NCBI RefSeq assembly: GCF_044704955.1
Contig: NC_091980.1
Location: forward strand, 93,248,001-93,312,000
DNA length: 64,000 bases
Direction of reading: 5' to 3'
Source: Pristiophorus japonicus
Taxonomy: Eukaryota
The notes under the pieces are model-generated. The model was not told the origin of the DNA and ran no database searches. It worked only from the letters and a program-made list of their open reading frames with translations. Numbering within the stretch: the stretch's first letter is position 1; each line of letters begins with the position of its first letter. A program made the translations under genes and the position numbers. Below, one piece after another: positions 39,201 to 50,667 of the stretch.

Positions 39201-41345
39201 TGAATGTGGTGTATTTGGACTTTCAAAAGGCTTTTGACAAGGTCCCACACAAGAGATTGGTGTGCAAAATTAAAGCACATGGTATTGGGGGTAATGTATT
39301 GATGTGGATAGAGAACTGGTTGGCAGACAGGAAGAGAGAGTCGGGATAAACGGATCCTTTTCAGAATGGCAGGCAGTGAATATTGGGGTACCACAGGGCT
39401 CAGTGCTGGGACCCCAGCTATTTACAATATACATTAATGATTTGGATGAGGGAATTGAGTGTAATATCTCCAAATTTGCAGATGAAACTAAGCTGGGTGG
39501 CAGTGTGAGCTGTGAGGAGGACACTAAAAGGCTGCAGGGTGACTTGGACAGGTTAGGTGAGTGGGCAAACGCATGGCAGATGCAGCATAATGTGGATAAA
39601 TGTGAGGTTATCCACTTTGGTGGCAAAAACATGGCAGAATCTTATTTGAATGGCGGCAGATTCGGAAAAGGGGAGGTGCAGCGTGACCTGGGTGTCATGG
39701 TACATCAGTCATTGAAAGTTGGCATGCAGGTTCAGCAGCGGTGAAGAAGGCAAATGGTATGTTGGCCTTCATAGCTAGGGGATTTGAGTATAGGAGCAGG
39801 GAGGTCTTACTGCAGTTGTACAGGGCCTTCGTGAGGCCTCACCTGGAATATTGTGTTCAGTTTTGTTCTCCTAATCTGAGGAAGGATGTTCTTGTTATTG
39901 AGGGAGTGCAGCGAAGGTTCACCAGACTGATTCCCGGGATGGCAGGACTGACATATGAGGAGAGACTGGATCGACTGGGCCTGTATTCAATGGAGTTTAG
40001 AAGGATGAGAGGGGATCTCATAGAAACATATAAAATTCTGACAGGACAGTACAGGTTAGATGCAGGAAGAATGTTCCCGATGTTGGGGATGTCCAGACCA
40101 GGGGACATAGTCTAAGGATAAGGGGTAAGCCATTTAGGACTGAGATGAGGAGAAACTTCTTCACCCAGAGAGTTGTTAACCTGTGGAATTCCCTACTGCA
40201 GAGAATTGTAGATGCTAGTTCATTGGATATATTCAAGAGGGAGTTAGATATGGCCCTTACGGCTAAAGGGATCATGGGGTATTGAGAGAAAGCAGGAAAG
40301 GAGTACTGGGGTGAATGATCAGCGATGATCTTCTTGAATGGTGGTGCAGGCACGCAGGGCCAAATGGCCTACTCCTGCACCTATTTTCTATGTTTCTATC
40401 CTAGCCAATTCTAATCTCATACTGTCGAAGTTTTCTTTCTTTAAGTTCAGGACCCTTGTCTCTGAATTAACTGTGTCACTCTCCATTTTAGTGAAGAATT
40501 CTACCATATTATGGTCACTCTTCCCCAAGGGGCCTCGCACAACCAAATTGCTAATTAATCCTCTCTCGTTACACAAGACCCAGTCTTGGATGGCCTGTTC
40601 TCTAGTTAGTTCCTCGACATATTGGTTTAGAAAACTATCCCTTATACACTCCAGGAAATCTACGTCCATAGTATTGCTACCAGTTTGGTTAGCCCAATCA
40701 ATATGCAGATTAAAGTCACCCATGATAACTGCTGTACCCTTATTGCACGCATCCCTAATTTCCTGTTTGATGCCATCCCCAAGCTCCCTACTACTATTTG
40801 TTCATCTGTACACAACTCCCACTAATGTTTTCTGCCCTTTGGTGTTTCGCAGCTCTACCCATATAGATTCCACATCATCCACGCTAATGTCCTTCTTTAC
40901 TATTGTGATAATCTCCTCTTTAACCATTAACGCTACCCCACCTCCTTTTCCTTCCTGTCTGTCCTTCCAGAATATTGAATACCCCTGGATGTTGAGTTTC
41001 CAGCCTTGGTTACCTTGGAGCCATGTCTCCGTAATCCCAATTACATCATATCCGTTAACAGCTATCTGCGCAGTCAATTCATCCACCTTATTACAAATGC
41101 TTCTCGAATTGTGACTCAGAACCTTCAGCCTTGTTTTTTTAACACCCTTTGCCCTTTTAGAATTATGTTGTAATGTGGCCCTTTTTGATTTTTGCCCTTG
41201 ATTTCTCTGCCCTCCATTCTTGCTTTTCTCCTTCCTACCTTTTGCTTCTGCCCCTTTTTTACTTCCCTATGCCTCCCTGCATAGATTCCCATCCCCCTGC
41301 TTTTTTAGTTTAAACCCTCCCCAACAGCACTGGCAAACACTCCGC
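36297..41345 (-). mobile_element. CR1 LINE inserted in the Harbinger transposase and itself interrupted at 38447-40397
   Basis: Endonuclease pieces 40388-41086 continue at about 38445 (LARI / DWRMILK) into RT and tail. Confidence 0.9.
38447..40397 (+). mobile_element. CR1 LINE, 5'-truncated, nested within the opposite-strand CR1
   Basis: RT fragments 38791-40115; flanked by tctattct / tctatcct, a probable TSD. Confidence 0.9.
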
Positions 41346-42719
41346 TAGGACATCAGTTCCTCATCTTCCTCCTCCTCCCCTTTCTCCTGAGGTGGTCCTG
41401 CAATCCCCATAGGCTGTTCCCTCATGATGACTACGTTGTGCAGCACGCAGCACACCACAATGAACTCAGAGACCTGCTGAGGGGAGCATTACAGGCAGCC
41501 TCCAGTGTGCTCCAGGCATCGAAAGCACTGCTTTAGCAATCGATTGTTTGTTCGACGATGTTGCTTGTGGCTGCATGGCTCTCATTATAGCGATGCTCAG
41601 CTTCTGTCTGAGGGTTCCGGAGGTGGGTCATGAGCCAGGTGACGAGGCCGTATCCTTTGTCCCCCAGCGTCTAGCTCTGGCCTTGTGCTTCACGCTGGAA
41701 CATGCGTGAGACACTGCTCTCATGCAAGATGAAAGCATCATGCATGCTCCCTGAATATCGGGCACTGACTGCCATGATGCGCTGAGTACGGTCGCAGACG
41801 ATCTACATGTTCACAGAGTGGAATCCCTTTCAGTTTCAGAAAACCTCTAGATTCTCTAAAGGTGCTCGCAGGGCGATGTGTGTATAGTCAAGGGCACCCT
41901 GAACCTTGGGGAAGCCAGAAAATCATTCAAAATCTACAGCCAGGCAGTGCAGTCCTGTTGTCACTGGTAGGTTGTAGGTCCGCCTATGTGAGCTGGCATA
42001 TCTCTCTCAGCACTTTTTTTCGGAAGTGCAGCCTTTGAATGCACTGTGCCTCAGAGAGCTGCAGGTATGAGCGATGTTCCCTGTAAACTCGTGGGGGGAA
42101 GGCCTCCTCACCATACATCTGCCACCTCTTCGATTATGTTGTAAATAATCAACAATAAGCCTTCTTCCAGCTTGAAGCCGTATGGCAATAGCAGCCACGA
42201 TTACTGGCTCCCGACCGAGCATGGTCCACATCCTTTACAATGTCCTTTATAAACAAACTAGAAACTCACATAAAACTTCACAATCAAACGTATGCAGTAA
42301 TGCAGCGTTCTTTTCCCAACTGTCTTATTGACTCATAACTGCGACTTCTTCCTGCGCTTTCGACATGGTGCCGTTAGCGCCAGGTGCGCCCTGGGTCCAT
42401 CTTGTTTTTCTGGGCAGGTCCTTGGGCGGACACTACATCAGGCGAAATAGTCAAAAGTTCCGCCTGGGGCCCTAGCACAGTGATGCACGACGATTTACTT
42501 CATCCCAATGGTGAAGACAACAGCGGGGCGGTAAGTTTTATGTTGCCTCAACACCTTTGGAAAAAGTTCCACCCGGGCGCAAAATCTTGTTCGTCTCATT
42601 TCACGCCCAGAAAAACATTTTGCTCCCTGCCGAGGTGCTAAATGGGCTGCAATTTAACCGAAAATCCAGCCCTATAACTTTGAACTCACAATATTGCATG
42701 ACATTGCCTAATGCTGACT

Positions 42720-43000
42720 ATATCAGCTTGGCTCTGTGTCTGCTTCTGAGTAAGAAGCCATGGGCTCAAGCTCCACTCCAGAACTTAAACAATAAAGCCA
42801 GGCCAACACTTCTGTGTAGAACTGAGGAACTACTAACTTTTCTGAGGTGCCATCTTTCAAAGGAGATATTAAACTGAGGAAGTCCTGCCTGCCTACTCAG
42901 AGGTATATAAACGATCTGGTGGACTATTCAAAAGTAGAACAGGGGTGTTCTCTTGGTGCTTCCTGGCTTACATTTTTCCCTCAACCAACACCACCAAATC
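42720..43000 (+). mobile_element. tRNA-headed DeuSINE (SacSINE1-like), degenerate
   Basis: Box-B-like gggctcaagctcc, then gaggtgccatctttc...attaaactgagg and ccctcaaccaacaccacc, as recalled for shark DeuSINEs. Confidence 0.6.
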
Positions 43001-43102
43001 AGAGTGAGAGGATAAAATCAAATTGGCCAAAGAACTAGATCCGACTTACGATCCTGTGAATTACCGCAGTGTGCTTATCTTAAGGAGCTCCTCAGCATTA
43101 AT

Positions 43103-43365
43103 ACTAAAGCAAAATACTGCAGATGCTGGAAATCTGAAATAAAAACAGAAAAGGCTAGAAATATTCAATGGGTCAGGCAGGATCTGTGGAGAGAGAAATA
43201 GGGGAAATGTTTCTGGTCACTGACCTTTCGTTAGAACTGATGAAAAGTCATCGACCAGAAAGGGCATCGACCAGAATTGACGAAAGGACATTGACCAGAA
43301 ATGTTAACACTGTTTCTCTCTTCACAAATGCTGCCTGAGTATTTCCAGCATTTTCTGGTTTTATA
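43103..43365. mobile_element. Penelope-type foldback element with hammerhead-like cores and 14-bp TSD
   Basis: Two inverted arms; ctgatga...gaaa core at 43237; tcctcagcattaat duplicated at 43089-43102 and 43366-43379. Confidence 0.7.
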
Positions 43366-43379
43366 TCCTCAGCATTAAT

Positions 43380-43690
43380 CTCGGCTTAACATCTATACCA
43401 ATGACTAGTCCATCCAACAAGAGCCAGTGAGATTTGGCGTACTTGGCTGTGTCTCAATCGCCTCAGGACTGGTGTCGGCCACTGCAGAGCCCTCATGCAG
43501 AAGTGGGGATACAGTCAAACTGATATTATCGACTGTGACTACGGGGAGGCATCTCAAACAATGGAGCATTTCCTAGAATTCCCTCTACTCCCCGAGCCAT
43601 GCAGACCTGAGGATCTGAGGAGCTTCAACTCTCGAGCCAGAGCCTGTGTGGAACAGTGGCAGGTGTAGCCACACGACATGACGATGATCA
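43380..43690 (+). mobile_element. Vingi/Ingi-like non-LTR retrotransposon 3' fragment
   Basis: WLCLNRLRTGVGHC...MQKWGY...CDYGEASQTMEHFLEFP, a degenerate CCHC knuckle; stop codon then short acgatgat tail. Confidence 0.6.
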
Positions 43691-43983
43691 CGGCTGCCTG
43701 TGCTCATGTAGAGAGCTTCATGAAAATTCTGTGAATACAGTAAATTGGATGAAAGGAGGCAGAGAAGACCTGACATATCGGTAATGAGAAAACCAAACAT
43801 TTTATTTTGAAATTGCTTTACCTCTATCTCCCATCCAGCTATTATTTTTGTTCTGGCTTGTAATATCCCTGATATCGTGTGACATGGTTATTGGATAAGA
43901 AGTAAAGGGTTTATTACTCAGAGTTGAAGTCCCTTCTCTACGTCTGTCTGGTGAACTATCACTACCTCCCGAGAGATCACAAT

Positions 43984-44400
43984 GGGGGAGACGTTCGACT
44001 GTTGGCCACCCGTTTCTTGCCTGAAAAATGGATGACTAGCAGTTGAAAGTCTGGTGGGGTCACCGTGTACCTATTTGCCCACCAAAATCAACTTTCAGCG
44101 AAGCCTTAAAATGGGTATTCAGCACTCCTATGCTTCTTGCAGGACCTCGATTGCAACATTCAAGGAGAAATGGACGAAGCAAGGAATCTTCCTGCTTCTG
44201 ATCCATTCTCGCCCTCCCCACCACTCCACTTCCTCCCCTCCCCCCACTCCTCCAACAGGCCTCAACTGTTGGCTGGCTGTGCAGAGTAGCTGGATGATTT
44301 TCCTCCTCACCAAACCGCCGAACTGCAGCATTGAGGCAATTTGGCACTCACGGCTCGCCGAGAAAATGTTAATGGCATCCAGCAACTAGTGTATAAAATT
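43984..44400. mobile_element. MITE-like repeat (family of 2625-2940)
   Basis: By-eye homology to the reverse complement of 2800-2940. Confidence 0.5.
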
Positions 44401-44929
44401 CAAATCTACTTTCATTGAAAACAAAAGCATCAAAGCCACTGTAAATTCAAATACCTTTGGCATTCTGTAACATAGGATTTACTAGGATTTACTACAATAA
44501 TATTTTGTTTATATTGTTCCACTTTTTTGCAATGTCCTATTTGGCCAAACTTCAGTCGCTGAATATTGCACTCAAATTGGGAATGCGTTTCTGTCTCACC
44601 ACAAGGTGAAATATTAACTATTGATCAATAAATCTCACCCATCTTGTGAAATATTGTGATTGTGTACTATCATATATGCAAATGTCAAGAGGCATATACT
44701 TTAGAGAGTGATTAAACAAAACACAATATACTTGACTGCATGAATTACTATATAACAATCAACAATTGATTATCAGTCAATAATCAATTACTAATCTTTC
44801 CGGTAGATGTCACAACAAATCAAGTTGACAGCTATTGAATTCAGGGTAAATCGTGGAATGGAGTGACTCCTGCCAATGAAGCATTCTGCGCATTAATCTA
44901 GAAATTTCAATCATGTTTCTGCTTGCCCC

Positions 44930-45430
44930 AATTCTTGTTCCCGACATTTCAGTTCCGCTCCATTTTCTTGACATTTTAGCCCCGCTCCGTTTTCCGCTGT
45001 CAGTCAAAATGAAGCATTCACTCTCCAGCTTGCTGACTTTGGGCCTTTCTTTCTTGGATCAAAGGTGGGGAAAAAAGTTAGGAGCCGGTTCAATAGGAAT
45101 GTATCTGGCTGAAGCCGGGTAAAGCCGCTTCCCACTCCAACCGACAGAATAATACCGACTTTCTCCTCAACGCGAGAAAAGCTCGTTGACCTCCCTCCCT
45201 CTCATCTCCCCGCGGCCCTCTTCACCCCTCAAACAAAGGACACCGAGGCCTAAAGACGGAGACTAATCTCGAAAACCCCTCACTTAACAAAAAAAATCAA
45301 CCTCCAAACTTTCTCCCAACAGTTTTCTTTCAAATCGGAACCACCAAAAAAACACTGAGACTGCGCATGCACAACTACTTCCAGTTCGTTAGCAGCAGTC
45401 GCGTCCATCTCGGAAATGGATAAGAGCTTG
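44930..45430. promoter_or_regulatory. CpG-enriched promoter-like segment
   Basis: NRF1-like tgcgcatgca at 45362, adjacent aactacttcc, ETS-like cggaaat; no TIRs or TE ORF recognised. Confidence 0.3.
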
Positions 45431-45449
45431 GATGAAGGGAAAAAGTAGT

Positions 45450-45725
45450 GGGTACTTGTTACAGGAGTTAATTTTGGGTCAGGGAAATGCTGAGTAGGGT
45501 GCCACAGGGTTTCGTTTTGGGACTGTTTCAAATTTATTTCAAAGTTAACGAATCAGAAAATCACTGCACGTTAGGCATATCTGCAGTTGATACCAAACGA
45601 GGAATGGCAGTTGACGTTGAGGAGGCAGCTTGGGAAGTGCAAAGTGAGTTGGACAAAACATGTAGGTGGACAGAAGATTGGAAGATTTAATTTAATACAG
45701 ACAAGTGTAAAGTATGCACATACCC
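45450..45725 (+). mobile_element. Old CR1 RT fragment
   Basis: SRVPQGFVLG...SAVDTK, a degenerate GVPQGSVLG / FADDTK. Confidence 0.75.
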
Positions 45726-46654
45726 CCCAAAAATGAGTGACATATGAAGGCCACCGTCATCCAGGAGCAATTAGTGTGGAGCACATGGGAAGTGCGCCCT
45801 GCAGGGACCAAGAACTGAGTGCTCGAAAGTCCTGCGGGGCATCATTTTAATTCTGCAGTTGTGCAGCAGGCCCATGTGTGCGCACTTGGGGTGCAGTATT
45901 GGCCCCAACCATGAAGAGAGGAGGCGGTCTGGGTGCATTCTGGGCCTAAAGGAGTCCTGCATGTTAAAGGGGTATGCACAGTGAAAGCTGCATGAAAGGT
46001 AATACTTTAAATGTTAAAAATGGCAGCTGCTGGTGAGTGTTGATGAATCCTGAAATTAATTCTAACCACCAAAATTTGTGATTTTTTTCATTGCTGTAAC
46101 CACCTTCTTTAGTAAAATGGGACAAAATCTGTGACTACTCTCGTGCTACTGCGCCACAGCTAGATTGGCTGACTGTTTTACATGCCGCCTGATATTTGGA
46201 GCAGCCCAAGCACAGTCTGGATGATCCTTCTGTTTTGGAGTGTGACACCATTGTGCTGAGTAGTAGGTGGAGGAGCAGGGGGAAACAAGTGTGTTTATGA
46301 CGAATTATGGTGTAGCAATAGGAGGCGGGTGCTGAGTTAACAGTGAGGCTTCCCTTTTTATTCCAATTGTCATAGAACAGTCGTATGGTCGGGGAGGGAG
46401 AATTCTTTTTCCTGTGATAAATAGATGTTTCTATCACCAATCTGTCTGTCACAGGCAGATAGCACCCAAAGGACAGCTCTGGCATCTGTCACACCAGACT
46501 TCTCCAGGAGCAGTTTGCCCCTTAACTGTTCCCAGTGCTATTAGAAGATATTTGAGTGCAGTGATCTCTGACATTCATTTGTCTTTAATTTACATTCATG
46601 CACCCTCTTCAGGTGCAGACACCAGAAAAGCCATAGAGGAGGTTTGTTTGCAGT

Positions 46655-46841
46655 GGGGGTGAATTGGACTTTATCCGCCAGGCGGAAAATGGGCGAAGCA
46701 GATTGGCTGCATGTGTTACACACCGCTCTGGTATTTGGTTCCATTGGTTTCAATCGAAAAGAATATGGGGCAGGGCATAAAAGGGCCTACCGACTTACCA
46801 TTGCCTGCTTGGCGCTGCCGCCCAGGACCAATTTCACCACC
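46655..46841. mobile_element. Short foldback MITE
   Basis: Termini ggggtgaattgg / ccaatttcacc; central ttccattggtttcaatcgaa. Confidence 0.5.
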
Positions 46842-47315
46842 GTCTCTCCCCAGCCCCAGCGTTAGAGGAAAGGCTGGAGAAACCTTTACAGCCTTGGTCT
46901 CCCAAGTTGTTTTTGTCGCATATAAATTCACACTAATAACTAAACATTCTGAAATTTTTCAGTTTAACAAAAAAAACTGCTCTAATTCCCTTGTACGAAC
47001 AGCACAATTAATTATTTTATTTCAAAAATATCCAGTTTAGCATTATTTTCATTTTAAAAGTTCTTTTTGAACTTTGATGAGTTTAGAGACTGATATAAAA
47101 GGTAACTCATATAAAGTGATTGGGAGCGGAATTTTATGTATCCCAACATTGGCGCTGACGATCTGAGTTCAGGAAACCATTTGCAATGGTTACACTATGT
47201 ATGATCTTGATGACAAAATTCCAAAAGCTGTTTCTTCATATTAATACTGTAGGTATAGTTCCTATGATATTGCAGTGGAAATGTTCTGTAAAATATTATT
47301 TCAAGCCTAACATAC

Positions 47316-47403
47316 CTGTTAGGTACATTTCTTCTCCCTCTGTGAACATCTGGTGACATCTGACACACCTTGCACAAGTTGGGTGGTAATGCTTGCCTCC
47401 TGC
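47316..47403 (-). CDS. ABLIM3: ABLIM3 coding exon (LIM4, first part)
   Basis: 88-nt exon, ttttag acceptor and gtatg donor on minus strand; translates AGGKHYHPTCARCVRCHQMFTEGEEMYLT-G, a LIM zinc-finger segment matching ABLIM3 as I recall it. Confidence 0.95.
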
Positions 47404-47721
47404 CTAAAAAGAAAATACACTTTTATTAACAAAACATTTTAGCTTAACTTTAAGCAAACTACACGCAGGTATCTATTGTGGGCACATGAACCTTGCTCCC
47501 TGATTTTCTTCTATGCATTCTGCCCAGATGCTGCTTTATGCCAAGAGCGAACCAGGAAAATCTGTCCCTCTCTATCCATGTATTTTGTCCAGACATCAAT
47601 CAAAAGCTTTTACTTTCACTGCTTCTGAGCTGATTTATTACAAACTTCTTTCTAAATCCTTTCAGTAAAGATATGAATTCTGCACCTCCCCTCACAACAG
47701 TGTAATTCTGTCTCTCACTGT

Positions 47722-48590
47722 CATCATCATAGGCAGTCCCTCGGAATCGAGGAAGACTTGCTTCCACTCCTGAAGTGAGTTCTTTGGTGGCTGAACAGTC
47801 CAATACGAGAGCCACAGACTTTGTCACAGGTGAGACAGATAGTCATTGAGAGAAGGGGTGGGTGGGACTGGTTTGCCGCACGCTCTTTCTGCTGCCTGCG
47901 CTTGATTTCTGCATACTCTCGGCGATGAGACTCAAGGTGTTCAGTGCCCTGTCGGATGCACTTCCTCCACTTAGGGCGGTCTTGGGCCAGGGACTCCCAG
48001 GTGTCAGTGGGGATGTCGCACTTTATCAGGGAGGCTTTGAGGGTGTCCTTGTAGCATTTCTGCTGCTCACCTTTGGCTCATTTGCCATGAAGGAGTTCCG
48101 AGTAGAGCACTTACTTTGGGAGTCTCGTGCCTGGCATGCAGATATGTGGCCTGCCCAGCGGAGCTGATCAAGTGTGGTCAATGTTTCGATGCTGGGGATG
48201 TTGGCCTGGATGAGGACACTGATGTTGGTGTGCCTGTCCTCCCAGGGGATTTGTAGGATCTTGCGGATACATCGTTGGTGATATTTCTCCAGCAATTTGA
48301 GGTGTCTGCTGTACATGGTCCATGTCTCTGATCCATACAGGAGGGCAGGTATTACTGCAGCCCTGTAGACCATGAGCTTGGTGGCAGTTTTGAGGGCCTG
48401 GTCTTCAAATACTCTTTTCCTCAGGCGGCCGAAGGCTGCACTGGCGCACTGGAGGTGGTGTTGGATCTCGTCGGCGATGCCTGCTCGTGTTGATAGGAGG
48501 CTCCCAAGATATGGGAAGTGGTCCACGGTGTCCAGGTCCGTGCCGTGGATCTTGATGATTGGGGGGCAGTGCTGTGTGGTGAGGACAGTA
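47722..48590 (-). mobile_element. RTE-clade LINE, 5'-truncated
   Basis: FPYLGS...ASAAFGRL...LLYGSETW...QLRWAGH; (gat)n tail; 9-bp TSD tctcactgt at 47713-47721 and 48591-48599. Confidence 0.92.
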
Positions 48591-48948
48591 TCTCACTGTA
48601 TCACCACAGGATATCATCTTTTGTTCAGTTTAGATTGTCAATTATGGCGACACAGACATGGACCCTTTGAGAAATAATATAGCTCCTTCTATGCCTCAGA
48701 AACATTTCTAAGTTCATTGATTGTCGCATAGGTATAGAAGAAGCTTTGTTTGGATTGTTTGTAAAAATGTGATCTTTGAGGAAGAATTGTCAGCAATTGC
48801 GAACCCAAGCACAGAGTTGATAACATAATGCATACCTATTTTCAGCAGGTAATTGAACTAGATGACAAAAAATTAAATACAAAGTTTAGTGAAGATCAAT
48901 AGCAGAAGAATTAAGTCATCAAAGGATCAATGCACCAATGCACAACAT

Positions 48949-50667
48949 GGCTGGGATTCTGCTGGCACTCAGAGGGCAAGTTTGGTGGTGGGTCCACTGC
49001 CAAAATCTAAAAGATTGGCAGTGGTGTGGGATCCTGCTTTGAACCCGGCTCTTTGTAAGTTTCCCAAGTGCCGGCTCTGCCTGTGCTTTGCAGACCTGGC
49101 ACTATGTGGCGGGGCACGCAATTGAAATACTTAAGAAGCTGTTTAAAGCTATTTAAGCAGCACTTTACCAGCTACTAAACATTTTTCCAACTGTTTCAGA
49201 AGGTTTCATCACTCACGGATCACTTCAGGCAAGTACGTCGGGTTTTCAGTGAATCTCCATTGCTTTGAATAGGCGACAGCTGCAAAAGTGGTATAAATTC
49301 TACCATTTCACAGCTGTTCATTTTCCAGTGTTGGAAGCTGGAGCCTTCTGGATTTGGATTACACTTTTCGGCTTTAGGAAGGTTGCAAGTTTTTGGAGTG
49401 AACTCTCTATCCACTTCGAACAACCTTTCTCACCATTGACTGATCACTTCTGTTATCTGTCAAATATTCCATCAGCATCAGTGCCCTGTCACCTTGGTCC
49501 TCAGGATCCCACCACGAACAGTCCCAATACCAACACCAACATCACCAGGCATACCAGCAACAACAACACCAACCTTCTCCGCAATCACCTGATACTGCAC
49601 AGGACATAGGACATTAGCACCCGTCCACATTGCTGCCTGGGCGGCCAGGGATGGCCTCACCATGGCCAGATTCACTCACTTGATGTTGTACACCCTGACT
49701 ACCACACGATGTGCCAGATTGGCACCACCTCACACCAACACAGTAAAGCATACCCACAATGCCCAAACCATTCCTTTCACACCCATCACCATTGCAGGGG
49801 GTACCGTCATGTCTCACCATTCACTACAACTCACTAAGCCACTTCAAAGGAGCACACTAATCTATCCAAGTGTTGAAAATAAAGATGTTAATGTTTGACA
49901 ACACACTAACAGAAACTTTACATGAACATTGGCTAAAAAAATCCAAGTGCCTATCCTTGTGTGTTGTTAGTTGGTATGATTGGACAAGGATAAGGGTGAA
50001 TGTGAGGGATGGCTAATGAGATGGGGAAGTGATAATGTAAATAGTGAGGGGTGGGTGGAGGTGCAAGGTGTGAGTAAGAATGTGCAGGGTAGGTAAGGCA
50101 GAGTGAAAGAGATGTGATGAGTGGCACAGCAGGGTGAGATTGAGTGTGCCTTTGCAGTAACATATTGTGATCTACTGAGATCATTGAAAGGTTTGCACCA
50201 CTACAGCCAGCTCCTCCTGCTTGTGCCTTCCTGTGCAATGTGCAGCCAGGCTGTGTTAGTCTCCTGGAGAGGTGTCTTCTGCCCATTGAAAGGGAAAAGA
50301 ACCTCCCTGCATGCTGTGGCCCTCCATAAGCATCTGAAGGGAGTCATGAGAGAACCTGGGTGCAGCCGTGCACCCTTGTGCAATGTTTGTCAGTGTTTGC
50401 AGCACCTCAATGCTGCAGAACAGACAGCACAACTGTCAAAATAAATGTGGACATGGTCCCTTTAAGGAAGCTGGCTGATGACGCGTCATCAAATGACGTC
50501 ACCAGACCCACTTCCTTTTGATTGGCTGGGAACCTCTCAGGGCAGGTTTAACAAGCCCAATCTGGGGGAAATCGTTTCAACAGAGGGAGATTGAGCCGGC
50601 AATGGGGTTCCTATCCGCACTTGAAGTCGCCCATATCTCTCTCGACCCGTTAGGAAAAATCGCGGCC
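48949..50667 (-). mobile_element. Internally deleted Harbinger derivative, sister of 25615-28444
   Basis: Minus-strand Myb exon REVLFP...WLHIAQE; plus-strand transposase C-terminus AARDGLTMARF; GGC-starting inverted termini. Confidence 0.7.

Larger units (their letters stand above)
36185..42231 (-). pseudogene. Harbinger transposase remnant (41350-42231 plus C-terminus 36185-36296)
   Basis: GFPKVQGALDYTHIAL, GSMHDAFIL and LGDKGY motifs with stops; C-terminus LHWQLIIEQFA* displaced by the CR1 insertion. Confidence 0.85.
30724..42672. mobile_element. PIF/Harbinger DNA transposon copy 2, expanded by three CR1 insertions
   Basis: 12-bp TIR gggctggatttt / aaaatccagccc; convergent Myb/SANT and transposase genes. 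Confidence 0.85.

Noticed and set aside
33468-41114. Long antisense ORFs (235 aa, 258 aa) as novel proteins
   Set aside because: They are reverse-frame shadows of CR1 ORF2 and recur with every copy.
43237-43300. CRISPR-like repeat array
   Set aside because: Only three degenerate adjacent units without unique spacers, in a vertebrate context with no cas genes.
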